In this document: positions 14,595 through 23,693 of the stretch, in pieces | Position numbering within the stretch: position 1 is the first letter of the stretch | Layout: each line of letters opens with the position of its first letter | Assembly (NCBI GenBank): GCA_023405875.1 | Contig: JAEXXN010000336.1 | Coordinates: forward strand, 1-27,022 | DNA: 27,022 nucleotides | DNA from: Bacillota bacterium | GTDB lineage: Bacteria; Bacillota; Clostridia; Lutisporales; Lutisporaceae | Direction: 5' to 3' | Made by a program: the position numbers and the translations under genes | Notes under the pieces: model-generated | Seen by the model: the letters and a program-made list of their open reading frames with translations, nothing else | What the model was told of the DNA's origin: nothing | Database searches by the model: none

Positions 14595-16949
14595 TTATTT
14601 GATTGTTTTCATTGCCCTCATTGCATTTAAGATGGCGATCACAGTAACGCCCACATCACCAAAAACAGCTTCCCACATGCTTGCAATGCCTCCCGCAGCG
14701 AGGATCAGGACGATGACCTTGACACCCATTGCAAAGAGGATATTCTGCCAGACGATTGACCTCGTTTTACGGGCCACCCGGATGGCGGAAACAATCTTGG
14801 AAGGTTCATCGGTCATCAACACCACATCAGCGGCCTCTATGGCGGCGTCGGAACCCAGGGCTCCCATGGCGATCCCGATATCGGCCCTTGCCAGTACGGG
14901 AGCATCGTTGATACCGTCACCGACAAATACCAGCTTGCCCTTGCCCTTTCTGGTTTTGTCCAGCTGCTCCAGCTTTTCTACCTTTTGGTGAGGAAGAAGC
15001 TCGGAATAAACGGTATCCAGCCCGATCTCGCGGGCAATGGCTTCGCCCACGGCCTTGCTGTCCCCGGTAAGCATCGCTGTCTGGCTCACCCCTAGCTTCT
15101 TCAAGTCATGAATGGCCTTTTTGCTGTCCGGCTTTAATTCGTCAGAAATTACGATATAGCCTGCAAAACTGCCATCGACCGCTAAATACACAACGCTGCC
15201 CAATGCATTTGCGGGCTTCCAATCAACCTGCTCCGACTCCATCAGCTTGCCGTTTCCCGCCAGCACGGGCCTGCCGTCAAGCTTTACGCGGATTCCCAGT
15301 CCGGGGAGCTCCTCTTGCTCAGTAAGCCTTTGTGCATCGATCTCCTGTCCATATGCCTTCTGAATGGACAGGGCGATGGGATGGTTGGAGAAGCTCTCCG
15401 CGTGGGCGGCGTAAGACAAGAGCTCCTGCTCCGGCCAGCCATTCTCTCCAACCACAGAGGTCACCTTGAAAATGCCCTTTGTCAGTGTTCCGGTCTTGTC
15501 AAAAACGATGGTATCGACGCTGTTCAGCGCCTCCAGATAATTACTTCCCTTGATCAGGATCCCGTTTTTGGACGCCCCGCCAATACCGCCGAAAAAGCTG
15601 AGAGGAATGGAAATAACCAACGCGCAGGGGCAGGACACTACCAGAAAGGCAAGTGCCCGGTAAATCCAGTCGCTGAAAACGGCGCCGGGAATCACAAGAG
15701 GCGGAATCACCGCCAGTGCAAGCGCGGCAAAGGTGACAATGGGAGTGTAGTATCTTGCAAATTTTGTGATGAAGTTCTCGGTCGGCGCCTTTTTGCTGCT
15801 GGCGTTCTGAACCAGGTCCAGGATCCTGGAGATGGTAGACTCGCCAAATTCCTTGGAAACCTCAACAGTCAAAACCCCATTCTTGTTGATGGAACCGGAG
15901 AGTACCTCACTGCCGGGCTCCACGTCACGGGGAAGGGCTTCGCCGGTGAGGGCAGAGGTGTCCAAAGCGGAAAAACCTTCTATAATAAGGCCGTCCAGCG
16001 GGATTTTTTCACCGGGTTTTACAATGATAAAGTCACCGATGCCCACTTCCTCCGGCGAGACTTTGCGTACTTCATTGCCTACCTTCAGGTTGGCAAAGTC
16101 AGGCCGTATATCCATAAGCGCGGAGATGGATTTGCGGGAACGGTTGACAGCCAGCCTTTGGAATGCCTCACCGACCTGATAAAAGAGCATGACTGCCACA
16201 CCCTCAGGGTATTCCCCAATGGCAAAAGCTCCAATGGTCGCGACACTCATCAAAAAGTTTTCGTCAAACACCTGTCCCTTGGATATGTTTTTCAGCGCCC
16301 GGAGAACGACCTCACCGCCTACCAAAAGATAACTGATGAGAAATACAATAAAACCAACCGGCTGGGCGAAATCAAACAGTGTACCGGTGACAAACAGACC
16401 GGCTCCAACTCCAAGGCTCAGGCGATGCGTCCACTTTTTCAAAATGGCTGAGCTGTCCGTTCCAGAGGGCTTTTTATCCGTATAAGAGATTTGAATTGCG
16501 GGTTCGATGTCCAGGGCAATCTGGGACGCCTGGCGCACGATGGCGGGCAGATTTTTCCGGTCTACCGCCTCGATAGTCAGCTTTTGGGAAACAAAATCCA
16601 GGGAGGCCGTCTTGACACCGTCAATACGATTGACCCGAGACTCAATTTTCTGTGCACAATCCCCGCAGCACAGGCCAAGCAGGTACAGAACCTTCTGGCC
16701 GGGCTGAGCAATTTCTCTTTCAATCATAACGACTTGGGAATCGTGCCGTTTCACAATAGCATCTGCCTGCGCAACAAGGCTGTTTGCCGTAGAGCTGCCC
16801 TCGATTTCCATGATAAGGGTCTTTGATACAAAATCGACGGCAGCGGAGGATACACCACTGAGCTTACCCACATCCCGTTCGATTTTGGCGGCGCAGTTAC
16901 CGCAGCAGAGCCCCTCTAATATAAATTCTTTTTTAATGGCTGCATCCAA
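14595..16949 (-). CDS. cadA: P1B-type Cd/Zn-translocating ATPase with two N-terminal HMA domains
   Basis: GLCCxxC x2, DENFLM, LTGE, SCPCAL, DKTGTLT, HP, MLTGD, GDGINDAP. Confidence 0.92.
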   Translation of the reverse strand: MDAAIKKEFILEGLCCGNCAAKIERDVGKLSGVSSAAVDFVSKTLIMEIEGSSTANSLVAQADAIVKRHDSQVVMIEREIAQPGQKVLYLLGLCCGDCAQKIESRVNRIDGVKTASLDFVSQKLTIEAVDRKNLPAIVRQASQIALDIEPAIQISYTDKKPSGTDSSAILKKWTHRLSLGVGAGLFVTGTLFDFAQPVGFIVFLISYLLVGGEVVLRALKNISKGQVFDENFLMSVATIGAFAIGEYPEGVAVMLFYQVGEAFQRLAVNRSRKSISALMDIRPDFANLKVGNEVRKVSPEEVGIGDFIIVKPGEKIPLDGLIIEGFSALDTSALTGEALPRDVEPGSEVLSGSINKNGVLTVEVSKEFGESTISRILDLVQNASSKKAPTENFITKFARYYTPIVTFAALALAVIPPLVIPGAVFSDWIYRALAFLVVSCPCALVISIPLSFFGGIGGASKNGILIKGSNYLEALNSVDTIVFDKTGTLTKGIFKVTSVVGENGWPEQELLSYAAHAESFSNHPIALSIQKAYGQEIDAQRLTEQEELPGLGIRVKLDGRPVLAGNGKLMESEQVDWKPANALGSVVYLAVDGSFAGYIVISDELKPDSKKAIHDLKKLGVSQTAMLTGDSKAVGEAIAREIGLDTVYSELLPHQKVEKLEQLDKTRKGKGKLVFVGDGINDAPVLARADIGIAMGALGSDAAIEAADVVLMTDEPSKIVSAIRVARKTRSIVWQNILFAMGVKVIVLILAAGGIASMWEAVFGDVGVTVIAILNAMRAMKTIK

Positions 16950-16971
16950 GTCTGCTCACCGTCGCTTTCTT

Positions 16972-17199
16972 TCACGCTTCCTTTACCACAATATCCTCAT
17001 CATGGGAGACGGCGATACGGGTAATATCCTTGAGTAATGCTTCGGTTTCCGTGTCGGATTCTACATAGAGAATGGTGGTATCCGCATTAACTTCCGCGTT
17101 TTTGACACCGATTAGAAGCCTGACATCCTTTTGGATTTTGGCGGCGCAGTTTTCGCAGCAAAGTCCTTCCAGGACATATTGTTTTTTCGTTGTAGCCAT
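16972..17199 (-). CDS. stand-alone heavy-metal-associated (HMA) domain protein
   Basis: LEGLCCENCAAKI; SD GAAAAGGAG. Confidence 0.85.
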   Translation of the reverse strand: MATTKKQYVLEGLCCENCAAKIQKDVRLLIGVKNAEVNADTTILYVESDTETEALLKDITRIAVSHDEDIVVKEA

Positions 17200-17237
17200 A
17201 GTTCATATCTCCTTTTCAAAATAAAATATTTAGCTGA

Positions 17238-17261
17238 ATGGTTGATTATATATTCAACTAA
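17238..17261. promoter_or_regulatory. candidate ArsR/SmtB operator upstream of HMA-cadA
   Basis: imperfect IR ATGGTTGATTATATATTCAACTAA, similar to 17830-17853. Confidence 0.55.
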
Positions 17262-17437
17262 TTACACAAAAAATAGCCTTAAAAAGCCTGTGGCAATGAT
17301 TGTGGTACCATACCGGTAAATGACTTCTTGCAGGGTAAATCCTCCCTTCTGACAAATTAACAATGGCCTTATGTAATCATCGGCATGATATCAGTGAGCT
17401 TGAAACCGTCAGGCGAAAAAAGCCTCCTCAGCGGACG

Positions 17438-17806
17438 CTACTCTTCGCAAACATGAAGCAGCCCCTGGTCAAAAATGGATTTGACATGTTCATCGGCAAG
17501 AGAGTAGTAGACCACCCTTCCATCTTTACGGTGCTTCACCAGCTTGGCTTGTTTGAGGATGCGAAGCTGGTGTGAAATGGAGGATTTGGTCATGCCCAAA
17601 AGAACGGAGATATCGCAAACACACATCTCTGCCCGGAACAGGGCACAAAGGATTTTGACCCGCGTGGAATCACTGAACACTTTAAAGACGTCCGCTAAAT
17701 CAAGGAGAATATCATCATCAGGCATATGCTCCCGGACATCATTCACAACCTCTTCATGAATTATATTGCAGTCGCATCGGTCAATATCGGCTACGTATGC
17801 GCACAT
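17438..17806 (-). CDS. ArsR/SmtB (CadC-like) metal-sensing repressor
   Basis: CDCNIIH N-terminus, FKVFSDSTRVKIL, EMCVCDI, SISHQLRIL, YSLADEHV...HVCE; SD GGAGGT. Confidence 0.9.
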   Translation of the reverse strand: MCAYVADIDRCDCNIIHEEVVNDVREHMPDDDILLDLADVFKVFSDSTRVKILCALFRAEMCVCDISVLLGMTKSSISHQLRILKQAKLVKHRKDGRVVYYSLADEHVKSIFDQGLLHVCEE

Positions 17807-17829
17807 AGGACTAACCTCCAATTAGTTGA

Positions 17830-17882
17830 ATAGTTGAATTACCTTTCAATCATATTATATGCCGATGCTGTTTTAATGTCAA
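17830..17882 (-). promoter_or_regulatory. sigma-A promoter and autoregulatory operator of the ArsR/SmtB gene
   Basis: minus-strand TTGACA-N17-TATAAT (17882-17854) adjoining IR ATAGTTGAATTACCTTTCAATCAT (17830-17853). Confidence 0.7.
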
Positions 17883-17921
17883 TAACTTTGGTGCCTGGCA
17901 CCTAAGATTTTAGGAGATTAT

Positions 17922-18070
17922 TATAACAAGATTTCAATGAGGGTTTTTGCAGACTTGCAAAAACCTACCCGAGCGTTTCAACGAGGATGGAGATATACTC
18001 ACCGCCTGTTTGACAACGAAAGCGGTACCCGCTACCTATAAGTGGTGGGGACATCTTTTGCCTCGTTATA
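17922..18070. mobile_element. MITE-like element, copy 2 (inverted relative to copy 1)
   Basis: Reverse complement aligns with 13343-13447, plus an extra internal segment containing the GGTTTTTGCAGACTTGCAAAAACC hairpin. Confidence 0.7.
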
Positions 18071-18202
18071 GAACCACGGAATATGAATATGTTGATATAT
18101 TATTATGCTTAAAAGTGATATAATTAGCTAAAGTCAACAGCATGTTGAATTTAAAAAGACGACAAAATCCTGCCGTCCACAAATGATACTTGGAGGTGTG
18201 TT

Positions 18203-19264
18203 ATGATACGAAAAATAACAGCGTTTTTAATAAGCTTGGTATTATTGGCCGGCTTTACCATCCCTACCTTTGCAAGTGAGGATTTCAGCGATATTTTATA
18301 TCATTGGGGAACGCCTTTCATTGTAGAAATGAAAGAGCTTGGCATTGTGAACGGCTATGAGGACGGCAATTTTTATCCGGACAGAACTATAACCCGCGCC
18401 GAGTTTTCGGTGATGCTGTCAAGGCTGATCAGAATTCCGGAGGCATATGAGCCTGCAAGCAAATTCTATGATGTTGGCAGCAAGGATTGGTTTAATCGCG
18501 GAGTAGTCTTTTTAGCAGACAACGGCATATTGAATGACGAGCCGGAGGGCTTTGGGTTGAAGCCGATGTTCAGGCCCAAGGATAACATAACCCGTGAGGA
18601 GCTGGCGGTCGTCCTTGACAGGTTTGGTAACGGGTATATCCTCCAATGGGGCAGTGCTGTTGGAACTGACGTTAATGCATATAGCGATGTCCGGGATATT
18701 GCTCCCTACGCATTGGAAAGTGTGCAAAAAGTTATTGATAATGAGTTGATGACAGGTTATGGTTCCGTTGCTGGAGGCAACTTTATGTGGAAACCGGAAA
18801 AAGAAGTGACCCGTGCAGAGGCAGCAAAGATTATTGCGGAACTATACCATAAATTGAACGCTATCTCGAATTATAAAACTGAAATCCCTGATGAAATAAA
18901 GGACATCGTAACTGAAAAAACTTATACTGAAAGCTGGAATGGCAGCGGCGAAGCCATAATATCCGTTTATCATAAAGCAACCCATGAGAAAAACCGGGAA
19001 ATGGGATTTGTTTTTGATATTGTGAGGCATAAGCATAATGAGCTGGATAAAGTCACCGATATAGCAGAAAATATTGGCGGTATAACAATTTTCGCCTATG
19101 ACGACAAGTATTACTATTCCTGGGAAGCTCCGACTGACGTGCAGTTTGATATAAATGATAAAACCGGAGAAGCCGAATACAAAGATATTGAAAGTAAAAT
19201 TCAAGAAATCATTGCTGCTTTCATCAAAGACAATAAATTAGAGCAGTTCAGAAAAATGGATTAA
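18203..19264 (+). CDS. secreted S-layer homology (SLH) domain protein
   Basis: Signal peptide; three SLH repeats (FSDI..HW..GIVNGYEDGNFYPDRTITRAE, ITREE, VTRAE); SD GGAGGTG. Confidence 0.88.
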   Translation: MIRKITAFLISLVLLAGFTIPTFASEDFSDILYHWGTPFIVEMKELGIVNGYEDGNFYPDRTITRAEFSVMLSRLIRIPEAYEPASKFYDVGSKDWFNRGVVFLADNGILNDEPEGFGLKPMFRPKDNITREELAVVLDRFGNGYILQWGSAVGTDVNAYSDVRDIAPYALESVQKVIDNELMTGYGSVAGGNFMWKPEKEVTRAEAAKIIAELYHKLNAISNYKTEIPDEIKDIVTEKTYTESWNGSGEAIISVYHKATHEKNREMGFVFDIVRHKHNELDKVTDIAENIGGITIFAYDDKYYYSWEAPTDVQFDINDKTGEAEYKDIESKIQEIIAAFIKDNKLEQFRKMD

Positions 19265-19350
19265 GCAAAAGCTAAAAAATATGAAGCTGCTCTTAGGCAA
19301 GTAAAATATCTGCAGCTATTTCGCCAGTGTCAAATATTTTTTGTGATTAT

Positions 19351-19378
19351 AAAAAACCTTGAGCGATCAAGGTTTTTT
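19351..19378 (+). terminator. terminator (AAAAACCTTG..CAAGGTTTTT type)
   Basis: AAAAAACCTTGA-GCGA-TCAAGGTTTTTT. Confidence 0.7.
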
Positions 19379-19588
19379 GTTTTTGCTTTATATGGAGTAA
19401 GATGTGGAAGGATTACTCCAGAGCAACACAAAAAAATTTTGACCAACCTTATATATCTGAGTAAAGAGAAGCTGATTACATAGAAAAATGCATAGGGGCA
19501 CTTAGGCGTAATGGAACGAATTAAAGAGCATATTTATGTATTTCATGGGAAAATAATGAATAACTGTATTAAACAGGAAAATTGCGGC

Positions 19589-19617
19589 TTGATATGGAAA
19601 CGTTTTCCATATATAAT
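19589..19617 (+). promoter_or_regulatory. sigma-A promoter with a LacI/cre-like palindrome in the spacer
   Basis: TTGATA-N17-TATAAT; ATATGGAAA-CGT-TTTCCATAT at 19592-19612. Confidence 0.6.
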
Positions 19618-19654
19618 GAACTTGTCCAAATAAATATATGAAGGAGTGGTTCTT

Positions 19655-20185
19655 ATGAAAAAGAATTCGGTCAAATTAACAGCCATTGCATGCATGCTGG
19701 CATTAGCGTTTTCAATTTTTGGGTTTTCCCCGGTATATGCTGATTACACCAACCTTGACCCACAGCACAATGAAGTAGAGCCGAATGACATTGCAGAAGA
19801 TGCCAACATAATCCCCTTTGAAAGTACTGGATACGGCTATGCAAGAGGAACATACGGATACTTTGGAGACACAGATCACTTTGTGTTTGAAAGTATGGGG
19901 AATAATGAATTAAAGTTTCAATTTTCGGTTTTAGGGCCTCTATCAATCCAGAAGCATACAAATTATAACATAATCATGTATGATAAAACAGCCGATGAAG
20001 ATATATTCTTTGAATATATTGTTAAAGACAGTAATGGCAAACCCCAAAAATTAGTTTGCAATTTTAACGCAGTGGCAGGACATACATATGTAATTTATGT
20101 ATTTAATGACGATTCTCAAACAGGTGGCGTTCCTAGCCCGGCTATAGGAGCACAATATGGCATAGGTATATGGAATAACAAATAG
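19655..20185 (+). CDS. secreted protein, possible PPC-like beta-sandwich domain
   Basis: Signal peptide ending VYA; EVEPND..A and GDTDHFVF motifs; SD AAGGAG. Confidence 0.65.
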   Translation: MKKNSVKLTAIACMLALAFSIFGFSPVYADYTNLDPQHNEVEPNDIAEDANIIPFESTGYGYARGTYGYFGDTDHFVFESMGNNELKFQFSVLGPLSIQKHTNYNIIMYDKTADEDIFFEYIVKDSNGKPQKLVCNFNAVAGHTYVIYVFNDDSQTGGVPSPAIGAQYGIGIWNNK

Positions 20186-20240
20186 AATCAAAACAATAAA
20201 TCAGGCAGTTCTGTTATAAGAACCGTCTAAAGCTTACAGA

Positions 20241-20268
20241 CAAAAACCTTGGATTTCCAAGGTTTTTG
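20241..20268 (+). terminator. terminator
   Basis: CAAAAACCTTGG-ATTT-CCAAGGTTTTTG. Confidence 0.7.
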
Positions 20269-20329
20269 TTGTATCAGGGCTAGAAGGCTTAAAGGAGTTA
20301 GGTCAAAAAGTCCTGGGACAGCGCAATCA

Positions 20330-20364
20330 AAAACCATTAAGAGTCATTGACTCTTAATGGTTTT
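20330..20364. terminator. perfect palindrome, probable terminator for the MATE gene
   Basis: AAAACCATTAAGAGTCA-T-TGACTCTTAATGGTTTT. Confidence 0.6.
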
Positions 20365-20438
20365 CTAAAGGGTAAGCCCTGATTATTTTCCATTTGGGAA
20401 ATGCCGTCCTTATCATGCAGCTCAATAAAAGGAAGGAG

Positions 20439-21809
20439 CTATTGTGCTCTTTGCCGAAGCAGGGAAAACTCCTTACGTACCATAAACATCGTCCAAATTA
20501 CTATTACCGCGTCAATAGCAAAGGAGCCGTAATAAATCCCTGCAACCCCGATTGCTTTTGGCAGAAAAAGCATGACGGGAACGTAAAATACCAGCTGCCG
20601 CGCAATACCGATAATAGCCGCGGGTTTTCCCTTGTCGACGGAAGGAAACAGCGTCATGGCCATAAAGATAAAGGACAGTACAGGCAAAATTGCCATGTAC
20701 ACCCTGAAATACATGAGTTCCGCGCCGGTAAACACCGCATCCTTCATCATCAAGCCCAGGACCGGGCCGGGTATTGCTATGGACACAAGCCAGAAGGGCA
20801 GCGTCAATATCATGGCGGTTATTGCAAATATCTTGTAAGAGCTTATGACGCGGTCGTATTTCTGTGCGCCGTAATTGATGCCGATCACCGGCTGCAGAGC
20901 ACGCATCAGGCCGAAAATAGGCGTGAGCAGGAAGGTGAAGATACGATATACCACGCCGTAAAAAGCTATATCCGTTGTTGTTCCGTATTTGGAAAGAGCA
21001 TTGAACACAAACACTGCCTGCACAAGGCTCATGACACTCATGATCAAAGATGACATGCCCAGCCTCAGCACTGAAGTCCCGATCTCCTTATCCCAGCGGA
21101 GGGAAACCAGCCTGGACTGGAAGGTTGCCCAGCCCTTTCCAAAATAAATCCAGCTCACAAGGGTATAGACCAGCATACCGATATTGGTTGCCCATGCCGC
21201 ACCCTCGATGCCCCATTGAAATACTACGATGAAGAGATATTTAAATACTACATCCACTGCTAAGCCGATGCCCATCATGACAGCCGCTGTTTTCATTTTG
21301 CCTTCGGCGCGGATTATCATGTTTCCCGCCAGGCCGTATACCCAGAAAAAAGCACCATAAATCGTTATGCGTAAGTATTGGTCACCCAGTACCAGGGCCT
21401 CACCCTTTCCGCCCATCATGGCGACCAGCTGTGTGGAAAAAACCAGCCCAAGCAGCATATAGATTGCGGTTACGATGAAGGAAAGCAAATTGACATTGCC
21501 CAACAGCCGCTCCTGGGTTTTCCTGTCCTTTGCACCGATAGCAATACTCAAGACGGACCCCGCGCCCACCCCGAGCAGGGAGCCGAAGGCCACGCTGATC
21601 TGGGACAGCGGGTATGCCACAGAAACACCCGCCAGGGCCGCTTCACCCACGAACCGGCCGACGAAGAACGCATCCAGCACGGAATTCATGCCATACAACA
21701 CCATTGCCACAATTGCCGGCCAGGATAGATCGGCCATAACCTTCCAAAGATTGCCGTCCAATATAAAATGCTTTTGTTTTTCCTTTTCGTCAATTAATGT
21801 GTTATTCAT
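20439..21809 (-). CDS. MATE-family efflux transporter (MepA-like)
   Basis: LSWPAI, DAFFVGRFVG, IRAEG, GIEGAAWAT, QPVIGINYGA; about 12 TM segments. Confidence 0.9.
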   Translation of the reverse strand: MNNTLIDEKEKQKHFILDGNLWKVMADLSWPAIVAMVLYGMNSVLDAFFVGRFVGEAALAGVSVAYPLSQISVAFGSLLGVGAGSVLSIAIGAKDRKTQERLLGNVNLLSFIVTAIYMLLGLVFSTQLVAMMGGKGEALVLGDQYLRITIYGAFFWVYGLAGNMIIRAEGKMKTAAVMMGIGLAVDVVFKYLFIVVFQWGIEGAAWATNIGMLVYTLVSWIYFGKGWATFQSRLVSLRWDKEIGTSVLRLGMSSLIMSVMSLVQAVFVFNALSKYGTTTDIAFYGVVYRIFTFLLTPIFGLMRALQPVIGINYGAQKYDRVISSYKIFAITAMILTLPFWLVSIAIPGPVLGLMMKDAVFTGAELMYFRVYMAILPVLSFIFMAMTLFPSVDKGKPAAIIGIARQLVFYVPVMLFLPKAIGVAGIYYGSFAIDAVIVIWTMFMVRKEFSLLRQRAQ

Positions 21810-21889
21810 TCAGACCCCTCCTAAAAATTATTAGTAAATTGCAAATGAGACTATTGAGTTAACTCGTTATCAGCCGGTACAATGAGTTG

Positions 21890-21907
21890 AGTTAGAATAT
21901 TCTAACT
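21890..21907. promoter_or_regulatory. 18-bp perfect palindrome, candidate operator for the MATE gene
   Basis: AGTTAGAATATTCTAACT. Confidence 0.5.
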
Positions 21908-21932
21908 GTGTGGCAAAAATTTTTTGAACTGC

Positions 21933-22541
21933 TTAAAGCCCCAAAAGCTGAAACCATCCCGCCCTATAAAATTCCTTAAGGCTGTTGATATACTCCGTAG
22001 CCTTCTCCTTGGGCATGTCGTGGGCCACAATTTCAAATACTCCGGAAAACATAGCGTTGGCCAGGATATGGATCAGCTGCTCATCCATATCGCGCACCGG
22101 CTGTCCTGCCTGGTGCATGGCTGCAATAAAGCGAAGGGTCGCCTGTGTTTCGATCTCCACCATTTCATTGATATAAGCAGCATACTCAGTACCGGCAGAG
22201 CAGCAGACCAGAAGCTTAAATGCATCATAATGGCTGTAGATATATTCTACCATCCACGCCATACTTTCATCGGAGGTCCGGACCATCTCCGCGGCCTGCC
22301 TCTCCGCAGGGCGTTCAGCAAATTCCTGCTGGGTTACTATGTATTTATCTAAAAGTTCTTTGGCCGGCTGGGCCACCAGTGCCTCAAACAAAGCCTTTTT
22401 GTCGGGGAAGTAGCCGTATATGGCACCGGTTGTTACTCCTGCCGCTTTCGCTATAGCGCGTAGAGATGCGCCTTCAAAGCCTTTTTGTAAAAATTCGTCC
22501 CGACCGCAGTTCAATATGTTTTGCAGGGTGTATTCAGCCAT
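21933..22541 (-). CDS. TetR/AcrR-family transcriptional regulator
   Basis: EFLQKGFEGASLRAIAKAAGVTTGAIYGYFPDKKALF HTH. Confidence 0.92.
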   Translation of the reverse strand: MAEYTLQNILNCGRDEFLQKGFEGASLRAIAKAAGVTTGAIYGYFPDKKALFEALVAQPAKELLDKYIVTQQEFAERPAERQAAEMVRTSDESMAWMVEYIYSHYDAFKLLVCCSAGTEYAAYINEMVEIETQATLRFIAAMHQAGQPVRDMDEQLIHILANAMFSGVFEIVAHDMPKEKATEYINSLKEFYRAGWFQLLGL

Positions 22542-22557
22542 TTCATTCTCCCCTTTA

Positions 22558-22603
22558 GAAATATAACAGCGTTATATTAACACTGTTATATTTCCTTTGT
22601 CAA
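22558..22603 (-). promoter_or_regulatory. TetR promoter and autoregulatory operator
   Basis: 17-bp IR (16/17) GAAATATAACAGCGTTA-TAT-TAACACTGTTATATTTC next to a minus-strand TTGACA. Confidence 0.65.
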
Positions 22604-22634
22604 GAAGTATATAAAAATTATTTCAAAAGGCCAA

Positions 22635-22665
22635 AAAAGCAGGGGGGACGGTTCTTTCTGCTTTT
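22635..22665. repeat. further copy of the AAGCAG..GGGACGGTTC..CTGCTT repeat
   Basis: AAAAGCAGGGGGGACGGTTCTTTCTGCTTTT. Confidence 0.7.
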
Positions 22666-22769
22666 ACGGCAGGCCTGTAAAAGCATCTGTAAGTATCTAC
22701 GTGTCGTTTCTGCACATTGATTTATGATATAATTTATATATTAATTAAGCGAAGAAAGCGGGAATTTTT

Positions 22770-23417
22770 ATGAAAGTAATCGACCTGACGCATACCATTT
22801 CAGAAAATATGCCGGTCTATCCCGGCACAGAGAGGCCCAAACTGGAAGTTGCCAATACATATGAGGAGCACGGCTTCAAAGAGACTTTGCTGACGATGTT
22901 TTCACATACAGGTACCCACATGGATTCGCCTGCACATTTATTCGCCGGAAGAACTACTTTGGATTCGTTTGCGGCGGAGCAATTTGTAGGGACAGGCTTG
23001 GTTATTGATTGCAGCGACTTACATGAAGGGCAAAGAATCACAATGAAGTATATCGAGGGTGTGAAAGAAAAAGCCGACCAGGCAGAATTTATTTTGTTTT
23101 ACACAGGTTGGGACAAGCTATGGGGTACAAGCTCTTATTTCGGGGAGTATCCATATATTACAGAAGAGGTTGCCGAATATTTGATCAGAAGTAAGAAGAA
23201 GGGTGTAGGCCTGGATATGATCGGCATTGATCCTGTTTCAGATGCAAACCTGACTATCCATAAAAAGCTTTTTTCCAGCTCTGAGATAGTTGTAATTGAA
23301 AACCTCACAGGGCTTAAGGAAATAGGGAGTGAATTGTTCACCTTCTGTGCTCTTCCAATGAAGTATGAGAACTCCGACGGAGCACCGATCCGGGCAATTG
23401 CAATCATAAACGGATGA
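22770..23417 (+). CDS. cyclase-family protein (kynurenine formamidase-like)
   Basis: IDLTH, HTGTHMDSPAH, IENL, DGAPIRA. Confidence 0.9.
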   Translation: MKVIDLTHTISENMPVYPGTERPKLEVANTYEEHGFKETLLTMFSHTGTHMDSPAHLFAGRTTLDSFAAEQFVGTGLVIDCSDLHEGQRITMKYIEGVKEKADQAEFILFYTGWDKLWGTSSYFGEYPYITEEVAEYLIRSKKKGVGLDMIGIDPVSDANLTIHKKLFSSSEIVVIENLTGLKEIGSELFTFCALPMKYENSDGAPIRAIAIING

Positions 23418-23537
23418 TGGACGGCAGTTTGCCGCTATCAGCTTATCTTTAGAAGGTTAGGTTCCCAGTCTGTCAACTTGTAGCTTGTTTCTTGATAAGC
23501 CGGTATGTCGACAGACTGGTACTTAAATTGTTAAGTC

Positions 23538-23693
23538 CTATTCCTTTTTAAAGCTTCCGCAGTCCGTGCATTCCTGGGTTTGAGCAGGGTTATGATGTTT
23601 AACAACTTCGATATGTTCAAGAGTACAAAAATTCTTGCTCTTGGCATGATATTGACATTCATTAACATTACAACCAATACTGTTATTTTGCAT
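23538..23693 (-). CDS. DUF1540 small Cys-rich protein (51 aa)
   Basis: Manual translation MQNNSIGCNVNECQYHAKSKNFCTLEHIEVVKHHNPAQTQECTDCGSFKKE; SD AGGAGGTG; below the ORF-track cutoff. Confidence 0.85.
   Translation of the reverse strand: MQNNSIGCNVNECQYHAKSKNFCTLEHIEVVKHHNPAQTQECTDCGSFKKE

Noticed and set aside
15315..16451. 378-aa plus-strand ORF
   Set aside because: Antisense shadow of cadA
19390..19560. Possible gene remnant between the SLH and secreted-protein genes
   Set aside because: No recognisable motif in the frames inspected
20394..21053. 219-aa plus-strand ORF
   Set aside because: Antisense shadow of the MATE gene
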